From contig CAWEHK010000029.1 in assembly GCA_963808625.1 (NCBI GenBank), forward strand, positions 64,001 to 128,000: a DNA stretch of 64,000 nucleotides, written 5' to 3'. The stretch comes from an uncultured delta proteobacterium (lineage in GTDB: Bacteria; Desulfobacterota; Syntrophobacteria; Syntrophobacterales; Syntrophobacteraceae). The translations under genes and the position numbers were made by a program. Of the stretch, positions 31,798 through 42,143 are shown one piece after another (within the stretch, counting starts at the first letter, position 1; each line of letters begins with the position of its first letter). The notes beneath the pieces are model-generated. The model did no database searches and was not told the DNA's origin. It saw only the letters and a program-made list of their open reading frames with translations.

Positions 31798-33132
31798 GTG
31801 ATCCGACGCTTGGAGCAGACAACTCCGGCACAGCCTGAAGCAGGAGGGAGATCAGACCGGAAAAAGGGAGGTGCATTGACCTTTCCGTCAATTGCCTTTA
31901 TGGGCGCTGCGATTTTCCTGGTAGTCCTGATGATTGTTCTCTCAGGCTGGAAGATCGTGAATCTGGAACATGAACGCGCGCACCTCAACACTGAGCGACG
32001 CCTTTTGGAGCGGGATAGGCTGGCCTACGCCAAGATCTGTGAGGAACTCCCTAACCTTGAAGATCGACGACAGAATCTAATTCGCGAAGTTAGCGAATTA
32101 GACGGCAGGGTACAAAGCTCTAGGAACACCTATGAGAGCCTAACCAGCCAAAAGGATGCCGCGCGCTCCGACTTGGACAAGGCCAAGGTTTCAAGCAGCG
32201 AGGCTCAAGAGGCAGCTAAGGCAGCTCGCGATAGCTTGGCCTCCATCCAAGGGGAAATCCAGATAAAGCGGCCCGAGTTGCAGAACCTCGATCAGAAGGT
32301 CGGAGCACTAAAGGACGAGGAAAAATTGCGCAGAACGAGAAGGGACCAACTTGAACAAGAAATATCGAAGTTGCAGGCCGATGTGGACGGGCTGGAGCAG
32401 CAGAAGCAGAACAAGAAGAAGGTCCTTGAACAGATGGCTCAGGACGCTGGTGTGCTTCAGTCGCTTTCTGCCCGATTCGGAACCATTGCTGACGGTTTAG
32501 AGGCTTCGCGCAAGAACACAGACAAAACGGTGGAAAGTTGGAAAGCCCAGGCACAGTCCATTGGTGACACCTTGGGAGGTATCCGCGAGAAGGCTCAAGA
32601 TTTCTCCAAACAAGTCCAGGGGATTTCTGGTGAGTCAGGAAATCTGGCGAACGCTATCAAAGGCTTTCAGTCTTCCACAAAGATCACCCAGCAGGCGGCA
32701 GCAGACCTCCAGACAGCCAACAACAATCTCAATGGAGCCATCGGTCAAACTCAGAAGGCTGCGGCTGGCGTCGACAAAGAGACTCAACGTCTGTCTCAGG
32801 CCGTGGACAGCTCAACAAGCAGCCTTCAGAGTAGCGTTTCCATACTCAACAAAAGCATCGGTGATTTCGGCAAAGCAATTAGCGCGCTCGACGGCCATCT
32901 TAGTTCCCTTCAGGCCAAGGCGACAAGCATAGAAGGATCCGCTGCAAGGTTTACCGAGACAGCAACCGAAGTCAGCAGGACAGCCGATGACCTAGCCAAG
33001 ATCCGTGCTGATCTCGCCAATGAACTTATTGCGGTCAAGGATCTTGCCTCCCGGCTTCAGGCTGTGGACCAAGCCCTGAAGATGATCGAGCAGCGAGTCC
33101 CGCAGGAACCCGGCGCAGAAAAGGGGCAATAG
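31798..33132 (+). CDS. Single-TM, long coiled-coil protein (start may be ATG 31794 with a frameshift)
   Basis: Hydrophobic helix IAFMGAAIFLVVLMIVLSGW followed by ~380 aa heptad-rich helical sequence. Confidence 0.75.
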   Translation: MIRRLEQTTPAQPEAGGRSDRKKGGALTFPSIAFMGAAIFLVVLMIVLSGWKIVNLEHERAHLNTERRLLERDRLAYAKICEELPNLEDRRQNLIREVSELDGRVQSSRNTYESLTSQKDAARSDLDKAKVSSSEAQEAAKAARDSLASIQGEIQIKRPELQNLDQKVGALKDEEKLRRTRRDQLEQEISKLQADVDGLEQQKQNKKKVLEQMAQDAGVLQSLSARFGTIADGLEASRKNTDKTVESWKAQAQSIGDTLGGIREKAQDFSKQVQGISGESGNLANAIKGFQSSTKITQQAAADLQTANNNLNGAIGQTQKAAAGVDKETQRLSQAVDSSTSSLQSSVSILNKSIGDFGKAISALDGHLSSLQAKATSIEGSAARFTETATEVSRTADDLAKIRADLANELIAVKDLASRLQAVDQALKMIEQRVPQEPGAEKGQ

Positions 33133-33186
33133 CATACGGACTGCCAGGCATAGAGAGAATGCAAACCAGAAAGAAAGGAACTTAAT

Positions 33187-35450
33187 ATGGACGGCGTGAC
33201 TTTGCCTTACCTTCCCGTCAGTCTGTGGATCCTGACAGGAGCGATGACGATTTTGATCTTATTTGTGGCGTTCGGGTTTTACATCCACTGGCGCAACTGG
33301 GCGAAAGAAGTTTCGGAAACAGGTTCCGATGTGGCATCGCTCAAGGCACGGAAGCTAATCCTTGAGAAGGAGAAGGATTCCCTGGAAGACTGGCTTAAAG
33401 TCCATAAAGACGAGCTGGACCGTGTCAAAGCCGAACGCGAAGAACAGGAGCGCATAAGGGCGGTTCTTGCAGATCTCGAGCAGCAGTGTGCCGTTAAGAA
33501 TCAGGAGAACCAGGCTCTCCGTAATGAGGTGGGCGAACTGGAAAACCAGCGGCACCATCTCGCTCAAACATTGGATAGAATGCAGCATGAAATCGGCGAT
33601 TTGGATGCGAAGCGGACGGAGGCCGAAGCCATAGATTTGCGGCTGGCCGAGATGAGATCCCGGCTCCAAGAAAGCCAGCAAACGATACGCAACCTGGCAG
33701 AACTTGAAGTCAAGCTGAACAGCCTATCCAATGAAAAGGCCTCGCTGGAGCGGGGCGTCGAAGGCCTCCGTGCGGCTGCCGACTTAGCGCGGACTGAATC
33801 TAGTCGCCTACAGGGAGAAGTCGGGCAGTCTCGTGTCGAAGCCGAGCAAATCGCGCGCGAATTGCTCGGTGCCCGCAAGGAAAAAGCTGAACTGGGAGTG
33901 ATTATTGATACCTGGCGTCAGGAGCAGCACGCGCTCGAACGCTCCACAGAACGCTTGGAGCAGAGAGTCGATGACCTCAAAATATCCTCACGGAACGCAC
34001 AAGAGGAGGCCACGAGGCATACTCTGCAAGCTCGACAGGCAATGACTGAAGCAGAACGCGAAGGCCGTAACCTAGCGACTTTCCAGAAGGACCGGCAGCG
34101 TGTGGAGATGGAGTTGGGCGAACTGAATGCCCGAAAAGCGGCCCTGGAACAGGAGATCTTTCGAATAGAGGGAAAACTTGGTCACGGACCTGGAGAGGAT
34201 GGAGATCCTCTGGTTGCCTATGCAGACCTGCTCGAAAAAAAGCCGCTTTGTCTTACCCAAGGCGCGTTCGCTGGGATGGAGACGATCGAGACGAGTCTAC
34301 GCTCCTGCAGCAGGTCAAGACAACACTTCGCAATGAGGGCCTTGTATTCCCTTCCCGGATTATTGATGCTTTTCATACCTCTCTGAAGTGCCATGCCATT
34401 AATCCCATTACCGTACTGGCCGGAGTATCGGGAACGGGCAAAACCCTACTACCAGTTCGCTATGCAGAGATTATGGGTATGCACCGATTGGTGATGGCCG
34501 TCCAGCCTCGGTGGGATTCGCCTCAGGATATGTTCGGTTTCTACAACTACCTGGAAAAGGAATACAAGGCAACGGAACTCTCCCGTGCCCTCGTGCGAAT
34601 GGATCCTTACAACTACCCGGAGACTGAATTCCCTGGGCTCAAAAGTCAATGGGCCAGGGACCGGCTGCTGCTCGTGCTCATCGATGAGATGAATCTTGCC
34701 CGAACGGAGTACTACTTCAGCGAATTCCTCTCAAGGCTAGAACTGCGGCGCACGGTGAAGGACCCATCGATACAGACGAAGCGCAGTGAAGCCGAAATCG
34801 AACTCGATGCAGGGCCTGGCAAACACCGGTTTCGGCTTTGGGTTGAGCCAAACGTCTTTTTCGTGGGGACAATGAATGAAGATGAGACGACTCAGACTTT
34901 GTCGGATAAAGTTCTCGATCGCGCTAATATCCTTCGTTTTGGCAAACCTGACGAGAATGCCAGAGCAGTCAGGAATGGCCGAGGTGCTGCGGCAGCAGCG
35001 ACTGAAAAATTTCTTTCTTTTAAGCAATGGAAGAATTGGCAGCGAGAGTTCAAGGAGGGAGCTGAATGGTACGATCCCGTATCCCAGTGGACGGTTCGGC
35101 TCAATTCTGCGCTCAACCGCGTGGGCCGACCCTTCGGCTTTCGGGTCCTTGATGCCATAGGACACTATGTCGCCAATTATCCGCGAGTTGAGGACGGAGA
35201 CCGTTACAAGCTCGCTTTTGCCGATCAGATTGAACAGAAAATCATTCCCAAGATCCGGGGCATAGACCTGAGCACTGATAATGCAAATGAATGCTTGAGC
35301 GAAGTTGAAACAGTCATCGCGGAACTTGGCGATCGTGACCTCAGTGAAGCTTTTTCATTAGCGCGTACTGAAAGCAAAATGGTTGGCATGTTTCAGTGGC
35401 GGGGCGTTACGCGCAGAATTGTGGAGGATGCTCCAACGCATGCCCATTGA
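33187..35450 (+). CDS. TM + coiled-coil + McrB-like AAA+ GTPase (NxD variant); one frameshift ~34270
   Basis: N-terminal TM, ~300 aa coiled coil; GVSGTGKT, VQPRWDSPQDMFGFYN, DEMNLARTEYYFSEFLS, GTMNEDETT, LSDKVLDRA. Confidence 0.85.
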
Positions 35451-37140
35451 TGTCCAACTCCATCGCTGGCCGTGGTCCAAAGGGATTCGAGAGGAAACGG
35501 ACAATCTGACCTCAGGCGAAGTCTCCTTTCCCTTCTGGGGGAGTCCAGTGGTCTCCGTCTCTATGCGGGCGACACTCTTTCTTCCACGGCGCCACGAGCG
35601 ATTCATCCATTTTGGTGCGGCGTTTGACACGCTCGCTGGAGAATACCGTCTGTATGAGACACCCCATGGAGTCCTCGCGGCAGCAGATACCGATCCAGGA
35701 GGCGAAATCCGCGTGAGCGTCGGGAGCTTGCGGGAGACCATACGCCTCACGCCGCATGGGGCAAAGTCACGTTTTTTCAAGCACAACGTGAAGCTAGGAG
35801 AGGAAGAGACGCCGCTTGCACGTACCGTGATCGCTTGGTCACAGTTCTTTGATGACTTATTGGACAATGCCAGAAGGACCGGACGGGAGAATCGGCTGCC
35901 GTGGGCTGATGCAATCGATAGCATCCTCGATGTTGCCGAGGACGCTAAACAGCCTCGGAAGGCTCTGATCGTAGACATTGCTGAACGTATGAGAGGCCGA
36001 CTACCTCACATTGTGGCGGCGCTCCGCAGAATTCTTTACCGGGAGCGGCTTTTGCTCCCCGCTGGTCGCGTGGCTGAAACAGACACAGCCTGTCTGCGAT
36101 GGTTGGTGCGCCAACCTGGTAAGACGATGGCACAAAAAGCTGCAGTCAATCGGCAGCAACTGCTCGGAATGGCGAGGCGCGAATCCTTCGACACTCTTGA
36201 GAATAAAGTGCTTAAAGACTTCCTCAGTCGCTGTACTTTGGAAGGCCGCCGTTACCTCAAGAGTGAGGTGGGAGAAAACCCAGGACTGCGACAGTCGGAA
36301 AGAGCGGGCACGGTTCGCCAATACCATTATCTTTGCGCGGACCTGGGGCGAGTGCCCATCTTTGAAAATGTGGGATCACCGCCACCCGTGCCCAGGCCTA
36401 ATTACGTGCTACAGAACGATGCCCGTTACATGGAAGTCTGGAGGCATTATGTTCGTCTCCTGAAGCGCGACGATGATGAGGACTGCCTGTGGGATTGGCA
36501 AACGCGTACATGGGCCGATGTCTGTCGCTTCCTGGTATGTGCTGCCCTATTCGATCTCTCACGGGAGGCATCAGGTAAAGTGTTCGTTGAGGAGCTCGTA
36601 TCTTCTGCGGTCCGGTTGGTCGGCGAACAGCGACTGGGGAGCCGCGTTCTGGCAGGCTCCGAACCCGGCCCCTTTTTGGTCGGCCAGCGGAGTGCCACGC
36701 GGAGGCAGGCTTCTGTCCTGGAGATTGTCCATCCGGATCATGTCGGAGAACATCCCGCCACCCGTCTGCTGGGGCGTATGGGTGGCCATCTCTATCTTGT
36801 TTTGACTCCTCTAGCCGGTGGCCGTCGGTTGGTTCTAGTAGTCTGGGCAGTGCACACGGCGGCGGCAGAGAACCATCCCTCTTGGACAGAAATTGGCCAC
36901 TCTGCAGGGCGTGCTCTGCACACCCATTCTCGCATCCTTGATGAATTGGGAGATCCCGACTTTCCTCTCCTACGCGGCTTTGTCGTTGCAAGTGACATGG
37001 AATCGGCGGCGGCGGATTTGCATCCGGGTGTGGGCGAAGATCTTCACCTCGTGCAAGTTGCAACTGATCAGCGTTGCTGGGAACAAGCTCTGATGGGCAT
37101 CAAGCTTGTCATAGAGGATATTCTGGAGAGTGCGTTGTGA
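35440..37140 (+). CDS. McrC-like DUF2357 protein, nuclease site apparently degenerate
   Basis: Overlaps the McrB-like stop; ESFDTLENKVLKDFL and PNYVLQNDARYMEVW typical of DUF2357; no clear PD-(D/E)xK in C-terminus. Confidence 0.7.
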   Translation: MPIDVQLHRWPWSKGIREETDNLTSGEVSFPFWGSPVVSVSMRATLFLPRRHERFIHFGAAFDTLAGEYRLYETPHGVLAAADTDPGGEIRVSVGSLRETIRLTPHGAKSRFFKHNVKLGEEETPLARTVIAWSQFFDDLLDNARRTGRENRLPWADAIDSILDVAEDAKQPRKALIVDIAERMRGRLPHIVAALRRILYRERLLLPAGRVAETDTACLRWLVRQPGKTMAQKAAVNRQQLLGMARRESFDTLENKVLKDFLSRCTLEGRRYLKSEVGENPGLRQSERAGTVRQYHYLCADLGRVPIFENVGSPPPVPRPNYVLQNDARYMEVWRHYVRLLKRDDDEDCLWDWQTRTWADVCRFLVCAALFDLSREASGKVFVEELVSSAVRLVGEQRLGSRVLAGSEPGPFLVGQRSATRRQASVLEIVHPDHVGEHPATRLLGRMGGHLYLVLTPLAGGRRLVLVVWAVHTAAAENHPSWTEIGHSAGRALHTHSRILDELGDPDFPLLRGFVVASDMESAAADLHPGVGEDLHLVQVATDQRCWEQALMGIKLVIEDILESAL

Positions 37141-40031
37141 AAACCGTGCTCGGGGTCTCAGCTTTCGGCCTCAAGGATTGCGTGGTCCGGTCAGGGGTTG
37201 GCTGCAGCCAAATGGGTTTTTATCCTACGAGCGCTGTGCTTCCGACGAGTCCATCTGGCCGCATCCTCACTGGTGACGAGGCTTATCGGGAGAGGACGCA
37301 CTTGGGGCTCGCCTGGCCGCCCGAGGCGAGGATTCAACCTGATCAACCGGTGCGCAGGTCGCCCATAGCCACTGTGTGGCGAGCATTGGTTGAGGCCGGA
37401 GACCGCATGGTCCGCTGGAACGCCGGGCAAGGTGTCTCCTTCTCTCTGGCACGTATCCTCGCAAACCACGTTAAGACATTGATGACGGGGAATCTTCCCC
37501 GAGATGGTTCCTTGCCATTCGGAATCACAACGAGGAAATCCTCGGCTCTGGTAGTGGCTATACCGGACCATTTGGACGAATTCGGACAAGAACATCTGCT
37601 TCGCGAACTTGCCGCTCTGGAATGTCCGGAGGCGATGCTCGTGTGGCGCCCCGTAGCCGCTGCCTTATCTTGGCTCGATAAGGTGGAAGGCGACTTTCCG
37701 ACACATATGGGAGTAAACGATCACATCCACGTGATCTGCCTGAGTCCCGATGCCATTGAGTTCACCACCTTCCGTCTGCGGGTGAAAGAGCACAATAACC
37801 AATATTATGTTCTCCCTCTTCGAGACAGACCCAAAGACCTGCCTACTCTAACCGGCATGGACTGGGCAGGAAGGCTCCTCGAAGCATTTTCGAAAAACAT
37901 CGATGCGGAGGCGTTTTGGCAGGCCTTCATCCAGTTCCCTGAGATTTGGCAGGCTTTGGCGGGTCGAAGCTGGAATCCAGAGGATCTCCCCCGTCCCTGG
38001 AGCAAGGACGGCAAGTGGACGCTCTGGAATCCTACGCCAGATCTGCACCGGTGCGTCTATGACGTCAGAGCCGGCTTGTGCACGCCCCTCCGACAAATTG
38101 TAAAAAAATCTATAGAACTCAGCTCCGGCAAAGAAACACTGTCCGGTTCGTATGGAGATGTGTTTCGGAGAGAAGTGCGCCGCATGGCCCAACTCTTTCC
38201 GGGTGGCCGATTGCGGGGAATGATTGTCTGTGGTCCACTCGCCCCACGCACCATTCCCCCTTGGCTATCCTCCGAATTGGGACTGCTCGTGTCACGCGGG
38301 CTGAAAGCAGAAGAGAATATTGCTGAGCCAGAGACTGACCGTCTGTGGCTTTGCGCGGATTGCGACGACCCCATCTCAGAAGGGGCGGCGATCTATGGTC
38401 AGAGGAGATTGGCCAAAATTCCTTCCTACCTTGACACAATGCCCCAGATTTCCATTCTTGCACAGGAAAGGGGCCGATTTAACTGGGTCCCACTTCTTAA
38501 GGCCCAGGAGGTATTGGGAGGAGAAGAGCACAAGGACAAGATAGAGCGGCGATTCCAACTCGACGGTGGCAAGCGGAATCTCCACGTCTATCTGTACAAA
38601 GGGCCAGTGGAAGATGCGCCCAACGAGACTCAGGATTCCTTTGATCCGCAAGCACTGCCTTTGGAGGGGCTGCCCCCTTGCCAGGCCCGTTTGGTGAGAG
38701 AGGTTGTTCGCAGGCTTGGAGATTTGCGATCCGTTCAAAGTCGAAATTATTTTCGTTTATCCACCAAGGAAGCTCGATATGGTCGTGCTTTTGCTGAGGC
38801 GCTTTTTACGACCAAGGGTGCAGAGGACGCTGGGATTTCTGAGCCGCTTACTGCAGGGACCGCTTGGACTCCTCTCCGCCGCGCTGTATTCGATTTCCCG
38901 TCTGCCCCGAAAAGCGATGCGGTGCTGGATATCGAGGTTCGTATCCGTCCCGCAAGCGGTCTGGCCAGGATAGAGATCCTGCCTGAGGACAGTTCATTTC
39001 TTCAGGGCGATAGAGTCCTTTTGAACTATTCCACCATGCGTTTCGCTTCAAACCTTCCTAAACGGTTGCGCGGCTGGCCTCGAGTTGAGGAGATCGTCGT
39101 TGATCCCGAAGATTATGTCCTTCTTTCGAGAGAGGATTGGATCAACAGTTTCCTGCATACCCTGCCCACTGCACGGGACTACATCCCAGTCCTGGATGGT
39201 TTGCGCAACAATGTGCTCAGGGGGTCTACTCGAAAGCTGATTGCCGGTCTTCAACTCTATCTCGGCGCCATCGATGAGAACGGTCGAGCATGCACGGACG
39301 CCGGCAATAAGATTCTTCTTCAGATTGCGGGGAAGTTTGACGGCGATCTTCGAATACTTCAAGCGGCGCGAGAGCCGAAGCCTGTAGATCTCATAGGCAA
39401 GGTTCTTTCGCGTGCGGGATGGCTCTATTGCGCCACGTCACCAAGCATCGTTGCATACATCAGGAGCATATTACGCGATGGGTACAACTCCCGAGGATGG
39501 AAAACAGCGGTTGAGGCAGCAAGCCGAGCCTTTATTGACATAGACGACTTCAGGTTGCTTTTTACATCCATTGCTCGCTTGGCCCGAAGTGGCCCCTTTG
39601 ACGATAAGACTTTTCCTATCCACGCCGCACGGTCCATTTGCCGCGTTTTGATGTTGAGAAGAGACGGGGAAAGGGGACTTGAGTGTGACTTGGCGCAGCT
39701 TTTCGCAGATCGCGCTTTACAGCGTCTACTGAGGGAACATAGGAAAGGCAACTTCAAAATGTTGTATTTTCAAATGATTCGGCTCCTCCTGTACCTGCTT
39801 CGGTACCGCAGAACCGATCCCTCATGCTTTGATCCCAACTCATCTCAGAGCATTTCTGCATTCGAAAAGGCCAAGGAGAGCATGGTGGCTGCAAAAAATT
39901 CGTTCCCGAGGCATTCCAGAAAGGTCGGGCAAATAGAGAGAATTATTGATGGATTTGACAAGTATTTGCATTACGAGGGAACCGAAGACGTGATCTCTGT
40001 ACTGAGAGATTTGGCGGAAAGTGACGCCTAG
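37137..40031 (+). CDS. Large protein with divergent Hsp70/actin-like N-terminal domain and helical C-terminus
   Basis: GTGA overlap with upstream stop; VVAIPDHLDEFGQEHLL...LVWRPVAAALSW and ISEGAAIYG echo DnaK VITVPAYF...IINEPTAAALAY and VAxGAAIQ. Confidence 0.6.
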   Translation: MKTVLGVSAFGLKDCVVRSGVGCSQMGFYPTSAVLPTSPSGRILTGDEAYRERTHLGLAWPPEARIQPDQPVRRSPIATVWRALVEAGDRMVRWNAGQGVSFSLARILANHVKTLMTGNLPRDGSLPFGITTRKSSALVVAIPDHLDEFGQEHLLRELAALECPEAMLVWRPVAAALSWLDKVEGDFPTHMGVNDHIHVICLSPDAIEFTTFRLRVKEHNNQYYVLPLRDRPKDLPTLTGMDWAGRLLEAFSKNIDAEAFWQAFIQFPEIWQALAGRSWNPEDLPRPWSKDGKWTLWNPTPDLHRCVYDVRAGLCTPLRQIVKKSIELSSGKETLSGSYGDVFRREVRRMAQLFPGGRLRGMIVCGPLAPRTIPPWLSSELGLLVSRGLKAEENIAEPETDRLWLCADCDDPISEGAAIYGQRRLAKIPSYLDTMPQISILAQERGRFNWVPLLKAQEVLGGEEHKDKIERRFQLDGGKRNLHVYLYKGPVEDAPNETQDSFDPQALPLEGLPPCQARLVREVVRRLGDLRSVQSRNYFRLSTKEARYGRAFAEALFTTKGAEDAGISEPLTAGTAWTPLRRAVFDFPSAPKSDAVLDIEVRIRPASGLARIEILPEDSSFLQGDRVLLNYSTMRFASNLPKRLRGWPRVEEIVVDPEDYVLLSREDWINSFLHTLPTARDYIPVLDGLRNNVLRGSTRKLIAGLQLYLGAIDENGRACTDAGNKILLQIAGKFDGDLRILQAAREPKPVDLIGKVLSRAGWLYCATSPSIVAYIRSILRDGYNSRGWKTAVEAASRAFIDIDDFRLLFTSIARLARSGPFDDKTFPIHAARSICRVLMLRRDGERGLECDLAQLFADRALQRLLREHRKGNFKMLYFQMIRLLLYLLRYRRTDPSCFDPNSSQSISAFEKAKESMVAAKNSFPRHSRKVGQIERIIDGFDKYLHYEGTEDVISVLRDLAESDA

Positions 40032-40145
40032 ACAAGCGTTTCTTTCGATAGACACGATGACGTCCAGGTTGGATTTCTTTGATACGAACCAACTTGTGGT
40101 TAAGAAGGACCAGACGGGGAGATTGAAAGCACGATGCGAAATTAT

Positions 40146-40200
40146 GTGTATTTCCGTAAGGGTGCGTGAATCGAGTGCCAGCTTGGGGGGATGATCAGCT
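40146..40200 (+). repeat. Right copy of degenerate direct repeat bracketing the defence island
   Basis: gtgtatttccgtAAGGGTGCGTGAAtcgagtgccagcttggggggatgatcagct, matches 18947-19002. Confidence 0.8.
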
Positions 40201-40232
40201 CCACAGCTTTTACCGTCTCCAGTCCCAACGGG

Positions 40233-42143
40233 CTATATCCGAGTGACGTGATTCTTCAGGCGCCGGATCGCCTCTCGCGAAAATTCCCTGTCCCGGTAAT
40301 AAATTTGTTCAAAATCTTCCACGAAAATTCGTGCCCGGTTTCTTATATCTTCCTTGTCCACTCGGTTGATGAATTCTTCCAGGCCTTCATTCTCCTCTTT
40401 CTCATATCCATAAGCGGACATCCTCTGCAGGAACTTCGAGATGACCCTTTCCTCACGATTCTTGTGGTATTTGATCAAGGCGTAGAGGATCACGGAGAGG
40501 GCGACTAATATGCCAAACGCTGCCAAGTGATTCCTGGTGGCGGACAGGTCCATGCTCAGCTTCAGGTCAGGCCGGCTGATGCGTTCCCGGGCGGCGTTCA
40601 CTATTTCAAGCTGTTTCGTGAAATCGTAGTCGATGATGACCTTGAACCAATAGTAGTTAAAAGTATCCAAAATAAGTCGCAATTGGAGGAAGAACTTGCT
40701 GCCCATTCCACTCGCGGGCAGTTCAAGGAGCGGTGGGGTGGGATCGAACCTCATCCATCCATGCTTTCCCAGGAAAGCTTCGACCCAGACATGAGCATTC
40801 CGTTGCGTTACCAGGTAATACCTTCCGGTGTTGTTGTAGGAGCCTCCCCGGTATCCTCCGATGAGTCGGGCAGGAATCCCGGTCATGCGCAGCATGACCG
40901 CAAGGGATGAGGCGAAATACTCGCAATTCCCGCGTTTGTGGAGGAACACGAAAGCTTCCAGGGGAGTCTCGGAAACGGGAAGGTCGTCGAGCGAGTACTC
41001 GTAATTCCCACCCTGGAGAAAGCGCATAAGGGTCTTCACCCGCTCTTCTTCCGTTTGCTTCGCGACCAGATTGTGGACCAGCTCACGAAGCCTGGGGGCG
41101 AAGTCGTCAGGAAGCTGGAGATAGCGGTTGCGGTCGATCACGACCTGGGGAAGATTGGACATGATTCTTGATGTTGCCAGGTATCGTATTCTCTCGAAAA
41201 TATAACTCTTGAAGGGATATATCCTGGCTCGGGAATACTTGTTCCGATAGATCGAAAACGAAATGGGTCTATCCAAAGCAAAAAGATATTTGTTTCCATA
41301 AGGTTCGAGGTAGATGGTCTGCAAAATGGTCCGGCCTTCCGCAACATCCACGGATGCCTCTTCCTCCCTTTCCATGGCGCTGGTCCACTTCGTGCCGTCA
41401 AAATGGTCCAGGACCACGCCCCTCCAGTAAAGCTTGGGGTCTTCGATCCGCTCCATCTCGGCGCGAAAGATGACGGCGTTGTCTTCCTGGATCCCGGCGA
41501 CCTGCCCGAGAGAGATCGTATCGCTAAAACCCGACCTGGCAAAACCGAACTTGTTCATAAAGCTGAGAAAGGGGAATGCCGTGCGGGGAAGGATGACAAA
41601 AAGCGTGAGCGTGATCGGAATGGCGACAAGGAAAATCAAGAAAGACTGGACCAGGACTTTGCGCAGGTTTTCCCTGGTGATGGTCATCTCGGGATGGTGG
41701 GAAAAATAGGCCAGGAGAATAAGGGAAATCGTTGCCAGGGTCAGAAACAGTGACAGGTATAAGAGAAAGACGATGCTCATCGAGATCAGCGTGGAGCCGA
41801 TCAGCAGAAACATGCAGATGGTGTAGATCTGCATATAGTCGCGAATTTTCTTGTCCTCAAGAAGCTTTATGGCCACGAGGATAATCAGGGCTTCAAGAAT
41901 CGGCTCAATGAGATATTCGGGGGTTACGCGATAGACGGCCAGGAAGAGAATCATCAGCGAGATGAGGTTGAGCAGCCATCGTGGTATGGCAACGACCCTT
42001 CGGTAATCCAGCCGGACCGCGCCAGGCAGCAGGCAGAGAAAGCCGACCAGATGATACGTGTCAAGATATTCCATTACCGATGAGAAGCTCATGACGACGC
42101 ACAGATAAGTAATAATCTGGATGATGTCTTTAACTCTGACCAT
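40233..42143 (-). CDS. Transglutaminase-like TgpA-family membrane protein (DUF3488 + TGase)
   Basis: Multi-TM N-terminus, LYWRG, GNCEYFAS, NAHVWVEA, RFDPTP. Confidence 0.88.
   Translation of the reverse strand: MVRVKDIIQIITYLCVVMSFSSVMEYLDTYHLVGFLCLLPGAVRLDYRRVVAIPRWLLNLISLMILFLAVYRVTPEYLIEPILEALIILVAIKLLEDKKIRDYMQIYTICMFLLIGSTLISMSIVFLLYLSLFLTLATISLILLAYFSHHPEMTITRENLRKVLVQSFLIFLVAIPITLTLFVILPRTAFPFLSFMNKFGFARSGFSDTISLGQVAGIQEDNAVIFRAEMERIEDPKLYWRGVVLDHFDGTKWTSAMEREEEASVDVAEGRTILQTIYLEPYGNKYLFALDRPISFSIYRNKYSRARIYPFKSYIFERIRYLATSRIMSNLPQVVIDRNRYLQLPDDFAPRLRELVHNLVAKQTEEERVKTLMRFLQGGNYEYSLDDLPVSETPLEAFVFLHKRGNCEYFASSLAVMLRMTGIPARLIGGYRGGSYNNTGRYYLVTQRNAHVWVEAFLGKHGWMRFDPTPPLLELPASGMGSKFFLQLRLILDTFNYYWFKVIIDYDFTKQLEIVNAARERISRPDLKLSMDLSATRNHLAAFGILVALSVILYALIKYHKNREERVISKFLQRMSAYGYEKEENEGLEEFINRVDKEDIRNRARIFVEDFEQIYYRDREFSREAIRRLKNHVTRI

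Noticed and set aside
31798..34386. SMC/Wadjet or chemoreceptor genes suggested by the coiled coils
   Set aside because: No SMC Walker/hinge motifs or MCP signalling hairpin; the second coiled coil continues via a frameshift into an McrB-like domain.
18880..40230. Prophage, ICE or integron as the vehicle of the island
   Set aside because: No integrase, relaxase, phage structural gene, tRNA target or attC array recognised in the window.
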